Source of the DNA: Amoebidium appalachense
Taxonomy: Eukaryota; Protista; Ichthyosporea
DNA: 64,000 nucleotides
Assembly (NCBI GenBank): GCA_963693365.1
Contig: CAVNZM010000002.1
Coordinates: 6,709,943 to 6,773,942 of the forward strand
Direction of reading: 5' to 3'
Shown in pieces: positions 57,676 through 64,000 of the stretch; position 1 is the first letter of the stretch, and each line of letters begins with the position of its first letter. Made by a program: the position numbers and the translations under genes. The notes under the pieces are model-generated. The model did not search any database. It worked only from the letters and a program-made list of their open reading frames with translations, and was not told where the DNA came from.

Positions 57676-57740
57676 AGTGGGGAGATTTCACTAGTTCAGT
57701 GGGGATATGATAACACAAACTTCAAAGTCTTAAGTGGGGA
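57676..57740 (+). promoter_or_regulatory. Copia polypurine tract, present in three copies
   Basis: AGTGGGGA at 57676, 57698 and 57733; the last abuts the 3' LTR. Confidence 0.7.
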
Positions 57741-58675
57741 TGTTATAATACGTAGTATTTACATATTGTAAGATCTTCTCAGTTCGTGTTATGTTTTCAT
57801 TCATTTACTTAATGAAAAAGATGTGCTCCTTGTACGTAAATTATGACATCGATCTCCAGTGTATTTGAGTACTTGTAATCGTGTTGTGTCGGCTATATTC
57901 GTGTGTTTAGATATCGATTACAGCAACTGATTATAGGTACACGAGTCTACCCAGTGAGGGAGACACGTGTACATGTTATGTGTACATGAATATCTTCGGT
58001 TATAACTGTGTTTTGCTGTTCGTGTTTTCTGTCCTGCTTTCTTTTCTTTTTCCTCTTTCTTCGTCTTTTCTTTTCTCTTTCTTTCTTCTCTTGTTTCCTT
58101 TCATTTAATTATATTTCTCTCTCACTAATATACGTTGAGTAGATTTATATTACTCGTTATGTTTTGATTGGTAGAAAAACACTTAGGTTACACTTTAGCT
58201 TGTCAGGTATGATTCATAGCTTAGTCAACCACTTTTGTTTTGTGTGTTGCCGTACTATATCCAATCAGTGGACTTAGTCAGAAAATGTCTGAGTCTTTGT
58301 AGCCGATGATAGGTTAGAAACACCACCTCTTTCCTCGTTACTCTTCACCTCTTTTCTTTCTTATAGCTGTGACCTATGGTGTGTGTTCCCGCGTCTCCGG
58401 ATCTATCCGGGAAATAATCAGTTAATTATGATTGGTTATTTTAGACATAGATCTGAATTCCGACTGGTCGGAAATCATGTATGGATTTAACTTAAGGGAA
58501 TTTCAGGTATTTATTAGCGATCAAAATAAATTGAGTTTAGTCGTGTCTAAACATTGATGTCTGTTGTGTACACTGCTCCGATCGTTCCGTGTTTTGTTGT
58601 TGTGTGTGTCTGTGGTGTTTTCACACTGCACCACTGTGTCTCTGCTTACATCCTAAATACTTATAGAATTTAACA
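57741..58675 (+). repeat. Copia 3' LTR
   Basis: Direct repeat of 51894-52828. Confidence 0.98.
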
Positions 58676-58812
58676 TTCCCTCCTTCCTGCCCTTCTCAGC
58701 CCCTCCCTCCCGCCCTCCCTCCCTCCCTCCCTCCCTCCCCTCCCCCCCCCCCCCCCCCCCTCAGGCCCCCCCTCTCTATCTCTCTCTTTCAGATCTCCCC
58801 TCCCCCCCCCCC

Positions 58813-58845
<33 letters not shown>

Positions 58846-58920
58846 GGCTCTCTCTCTCTCTCTCTCTCTCTCTCCGACTCAGAGTCTCTCTCTCCCCCTA
58901 ATTCTCTCTCTCCCTCCCTC

Positions 58921-59029
<109 letters not shown>

Positions 59030-60419
59030 CCTCCCTCTCCCTCACCCCCCTCTCTCTCCCCGCGTCCCTCTCACACTGTCCGCCAGTCTCTCTGACTCTG
59101 AGACTGGCCGAGGAGCGCTAGCTCTCCGAGGTGCCCTCTCTCTCTCTCTCTCTCTCTCTCGCGCCGCCGTTCCCCCCCTCCCCCCACCTCCCCCACTCCC
59201 CTGCCCCACCTGGCTCTCTCTCTCCGAGTCTTCTTCGCCTGAGGCTCTTCAAGCTCTCTCTGCGTCTCTCTCTCCAGGTCAGAGTCTCTAGTCACCGAAG
59301 CTCTCCGAGTGTTCGCTCTCGCTCTCCGGAAACAGAGCCTCTCTCAAGGCTCCCCTTTCTACCTAGTCTCTCAACTGAGAAACTCCGAGAGGCCAGGCCC
59401 CCCCGCCTACCACCTCCTCCCGGGCCCCCTCCAGTTCCCCCCCCCCCCCCTCCCCCCCCCCCCCCCCCCCCGGGGGGGCCAGGCCCCGCTATCCACCTCC
59501 ACCCCCTCCCCAGGTGGCGGCGGCCACCGAGAGTCTCTCTCTCCGGTGGTATGACAATGCCGCTTATTATAGGCCCTGAGTCAGTCCAACAAGTCTGCAG
59601 ATCTCCGGCGGAGTCTTCTTTTACTCGGACCGTTCCCTGGAACTCCACGGTGACCGAGGCCCTGAAGTCCCCCCCCCCCCACTGAGGCTCCCCCCTCTAA
59701 TATCTCAGAGCCTGAGGGTCACCATTTCATTGATAACGACCGTTTAACTTAGACGCGGCAAGAGTCTGCCACATGATCTTCGAAGGGCTTGAGTAAGGTT
59801 CGAGAGTCTCTGGGATAATCATTCCGACTGATGAATTCTCTCTCCGTAAGTTAGGTGACTGAATCAGATCTCTGTTTTTCTCGCTCTCAGACCGTTTCCT
59901 TCTCGTTCGGCCAATCCCCCCCCCCCCCCCCCCCCCCCCGGCCCCCCCCCCCCGAGGGGGGGGCCCTCTCTCTCTCTCTCTGGACTCTGAGTCAGTCCAG
60001 GGGCCTGTCCGAAAGTTTTTCTGTGACTGAGTCAGTGCCACGGTCCGTCTCCGAGAGTCATTTAAGGCCCGGCCTCAAAGGGTCTCCAGTCCGACTCAGT
60101 CCATGCCTTCAAAGTTCAAGTAGCTCTCAGACGATGTCGGGATTCTGCCGGGACTGAGTCTCAGCCTCAGAGTCTCTCTCTCTCTCTTTCCGAAGTCAGT
60201 CTCTCCCTCCCTCGTGCTCCATCCATCCATTCATCCCGGGCCTCCAGGACCTTATCCCTCCCTCCCTCTCGAGACTCCCTCCCTCTCTCCCCCCCCCCCC
60301 AAAAACCCCCCTTCCGCCTCCCACCCTCCCTCCCTCCCACCCTCCCACAGCCTGCCTGCCTGCCTGCCTGCCTGCCTGCATCCGGGCCCCTCCGTCCCTC
60401 CCTGCCTCCGCCGGGCCTT

Positions 60420-60712
60420 CCTCCCTCCCTCCCTCCCTCCCCGGCCTCCCTCCCTCCCAGCCCCCCTCCCTCCCTCCCTCCCTCCCTCCCTCCCTCCCTC
60501 CCTCCCTCCCTCCCTCCCTCCCTCCCTCCCTCCCTCCCTCCCTCCCTCCCTCCCTCCCTCCCTCCCTCCCTCCCTCCTTCCCCCCTCCCCCCTCCCCTCC
60601 CTCCCTCCCTCCCTCCCTCCCTCCCTCCCTCCCTCCCTCCCTCCCTCCCTCCCTCCCTCCCTCCCTCCCTCCCCCCCCCCCCCCGCCGTGTCCCTCTAGA
60701 CCCTCCCTCCCT
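60420..60712. repeat. (CCCT)n microsatellite
   Basis: Directly visible; related tracts at 51770-51893 and 58676-59060. Confidence 0.95.
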
Positions 60713-61256
60713 CAGAGTCATGATAACCACTCAGTGATCATAGCCCGGCACATTCTGTCTTTCGGCGGCGCGGTATATGATGGTGACCGCCGGGAAGGGC
60801 CAGGGTACCGTGACGGCACAGGCATGTCTGGAGGCTTGCTTGGCTCCCGGGCCCGCCGCTGCAGCCTGATATATATGAATTCGATGGGCAAACCGGGGGC
60901 CGGGCACCCAGTGCATTCACTGAGTTCAATCGCGACCGTCGGAGTCGCACGGTGTCAGCCTGCCGCGCTTGGTGCTTCACTTGTCACTGGCAGCTCAGTG
61001 AATTCGAAGAGGCATAGTCTGGGACCGTGACTGCAGCCGGTGACGGTGGCGGCCCCGCGGCTAGCTAGGCCCAGATGAATTCTGGCACAGTGTCAGTCAC
61101 CCACTGCCACTATTGTAGGCTATATGTAGAAGGCGAGTCTTCGGAAGCTTGAAAGTCACGGCGCGTCGCTGACTCCCAGCCACGGACCACGGCCCGTTGA
61201 CCAGAACGGTGACTCAGGCAGTCTGGCTGTGAGTGTCTCCGAGTATGCGTGATGAT

Positions 61257-61289
61257 CACGGCCATCTAGAGACTCTCTAGATGGCCGTG
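61257..61289. repeat. Perfect 33-bp palindrome (16-bp arms, 1-nt spacer)
   Basis: CACGGCCATCTAGAGA-C-TCTCTAGATGGCCGTG. Confidence 0.95.
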
Positions 61290-63165
61290 GTGATGATCCA
61301 GATCCGCTCACCACACGATCGTCGGCTGGCCGAAGCCAGTCCAGGAATGCACAGGATATAAATCCTCGGTCCCGGACAGCCATGATTGGTATGTGCACTA
61401 TTGTAGGGGGATCAGGCAATCGACGTATTTTTTTTTGTAGACGCAAGTTCAGGGACATTGAGGACCCAGCTTAATTGTCGCAAATTTGACACTTATAAAA
61501 GCTATTTAGAAAATTCGCAAGATGATTGATTACTGCTTTCTAAATTACGTTTAACGTACGGCCGGGATGCAAATGCACCCTCAGACCCTGGATGCTCCGA
61601 AGTTGGGGTATTGGGAGACTGTTCTTCTGGGCGGTGCACAACACATTCCAGCACCTCCTTAAACCCACTGCCTTTAATCCGCCTTGCCAACACGCCCTAC
61701 TCATCCGAGTCACTGTTACATAAATTTGTGAGGCATTTCGAACCTTCTCTTCAAAATCCTAGAGTTTATTCTTCACCCTTCTGTTTTAAAATAACGCTTC
61801 AAGTCATTTCGTTTTTAATGGAAATTATTTGTGTTTTGCAAAAAATAGAAAAGAAAAACATGGGAAAGGTTTTTGCCAGCACTGGCTTCGGACCATTGAA
61901 TCTTGAACTTTGGCATAAAAAATAGAAATCTCATGATCATATGCATGTGTCACGTGATTACACAATCACAGTGGGCCACAACATTGTAAAGCAAGTTACT
62001 GAATATCAGCGTATATTTACGGCCGAACTAATGTTTAATGAATTGTTCCCGGAGATATTTACAGAAATTTCTAAGCTTCAAAATTTTCGTGTTATATGTA
62101 TATTGCTGCTACTTTATTTTTACCTGAGTGCGTTGGTGGGCGAAATTTCCCTTGACGTAAATTCAGCCTACTTCCTCAATAAAAACAGTGCATCCCCACC
62201 AATTTCGGCCACCAACGCACTCGGTTATAATCAGCAACAAATTCATTACGCATACAAGGAAGATTAGATAATATTTATATATTATTTGACTTCTGGATCG
62301 CTTATTATCATCGCAATAATTTGCAGATTTGTACGTACGTGTTCGGTACAAGGCCTAGGGGACGTTTTGTATGCACCCAATCACATTGTAAAAACAAATT
62401 GCCCACGTAAATATTAATCTGCCCACGGGTCGTGCCACACTTTTACAATCGATTATTGTTAAGTTATTTTTAGAATTGATATAGTGAATTTTGCTGCAAC
62501 ATTTTACGTGGAACGTAAGACCAAGCAACCTGCATTGTATATACGTATATAGTATATAATCTGATTTTTGGATAGACTCCGAATTTCGGACGGTCCTTGC
62601 GTCACTACAATAGGCCACTCCGGATCGATCGCCGTCCGCATAAAGCGCACAATAGTCAGTGTTCAGTCCGACGCAGAGAGCACAAGGACAATAGAATATC
62701 TATAAACATTAATATATAAAAAGAACATTTAACATTTTGCTAACTACCATATAATACTTATGACAAATACGGTATGTTATACAATTACCACACATGCGCC
62801 GAAGTCATGAATCATGATATTCATTTGGGACTCCACCTTTAGATCCCAACTGATTGTGAACCAATAAAAAGGAGAGCAAGTAGCCGGCTGCGCCGCAGAT
62901 CTCGCGCCAGATGATAGATCATTGTATATGCCTTTTCAGCGCAGATAAGCGGAAGAATCATGAGAGCCCTTCAATCTATACTCTCATAGTTTTTCTTAAC
63001 AATTTTATCGAGTTTCAATATTCAGTTGTTTCAAGTTTTTGCTTTCGACTACCGACAACGATCTACAAACTCCTAGATCTGGAAACATTCATGCTGATAA
63101 CCCATCCCGAACTGTGACCGTGGCTCAGTGCACGTGAGTCAGGTTGCCTCGATACGTATTACCGG

Positions 63166-63644
63166 GCATCTCCCTTTCGCGGAGTTTCTCGCTTGAGAAG
63201 TGGTTTCTTCTACGCCTGGTGGTCCACTGCAACCTATGGTAACTTCTACACGCTGTCTACGCTTCTACGCGACCTATTGGCGGTGGGCTGCTGCAACTTC
63301 TTCAGCTACTTCTGCGCTGCGTGAGTGGAGGCCCTGGGGCGGCTACTTGGTCGTCGGGGAGCTTTCCAAGTGACTGCCAGTCCTTAGCCTCCAGTCAGTG
63401 TGGTCTGGTCAACATCGGTGCAGCAGCATATGACTAGTTGGAGCAAACTAGTTTCACGCATACACGTACACTTACGGTTTTGCCCGCTGGTGTCCTTTGT
63501 CACTTGTCGCTTTATTTTTATTTCGTAGCTTTGGCTTTTTCAGTTCTATTGGTGGTTATGTAGCCTGTGGCTGCACGTTGCCTTCATCAACGGATCAATA
63601 AACCCGAGTCAAAAGAAGAAAAAAAAGGGGGGGAAAAAAAAAAA
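63166..63644 (+). mobile_element. Spliced, 5'-truncated retroposed copy B with target-site duplication
   Basis: Matches 49318-50031 minus 49549-49802; AATAAA plus A-tail; TSD GTATTACCGG at 63156-63165 and 63645-63654. Confidence 0.9.
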
Positions 63645-64000
63645 GTATTACCGGATGTACGTGCACAAAAATAAGATATAAGTGGTGGTGCACCTACAGG
63701 GGCAACCGTGTGTTCTGCAAGGAGGAAACAAGTGTTGTAAGCATTGCTTTCGCATGTTATTTTGAACCTGCATAAAGTTTGAATAGTATTTGTTTTTTAA
63801 AAAAGACAGGTGACGTTTGGGTACCGTGGTCACCTGGATTGGCTTTCTAAAACCCCCCCGTGTCTAGGTTTTCCGAATTTTGGTATTGGGAATCATTTAG
63901 TAAAATGTCAGACTCTCAAAAGCTCCATCAGTAAATTTTCATCGAGAATCTTTTTTGTGTTTTCACGGTTACTTCTCTTACTAGAATCATATATCACAAA

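Larger units (their letters stand above)
51894..58675 (+). mobile_element. Ty1/Copia LTR retrotransposon, full length, very recent
   Basis: Two 935-bp TG..CA LTRs (I see one substitution), 5-bp TSD TTCCC (51889-51893 / 58676-58680), order gag-PR-INT-RT-RH; inserted in a (CCCT)n tract. Confidence 0.98.

Overview
Eukaryotic genomic DNA with GT-AG spliceosomal introns; a unicellular opisthokont is my guess, not something the sequence shows. Left 40 kb: three minus-strand host genes whose introns are packed with (CA)n/(GT)n and poly-G/poly-C tracts. They are a 14-exon DDX18/HAS1 DEAD-box helicase (1316-11432), a 2-exon six-blade Kelch protein with hydrophobic ends (16272-18918) and a ~21-exon TMEM245-like membrane protein (21024-39644). 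A MITE and a ~120-bp dispersed repeat family also lie here. Right 24 kb: a transposon cluster. It holds a DINE-1/HINE-like rolling-circle element, a young chromodomain Ty3/Gypsy element lacking Gag/protease, a young near-intact Ty1/Copia element, and two copies of a poly(A)-tailed retroposed sequence. Most notable: (1) the Gypsy primer-binding site is complementary to the first ~16 nt of a tRNA-Ala-like RNA rather than a tRNA 3' end, and it is duplicated inside the element where gag-pro is missing; (2) the two retroposed copies differ by a precisely excised 254-nt GT-AG intron. All coordinates and alignments were made by eye and homopolymer lengths may be unreliable. Most ORFs in the supplied track are microsatellite artefacts.
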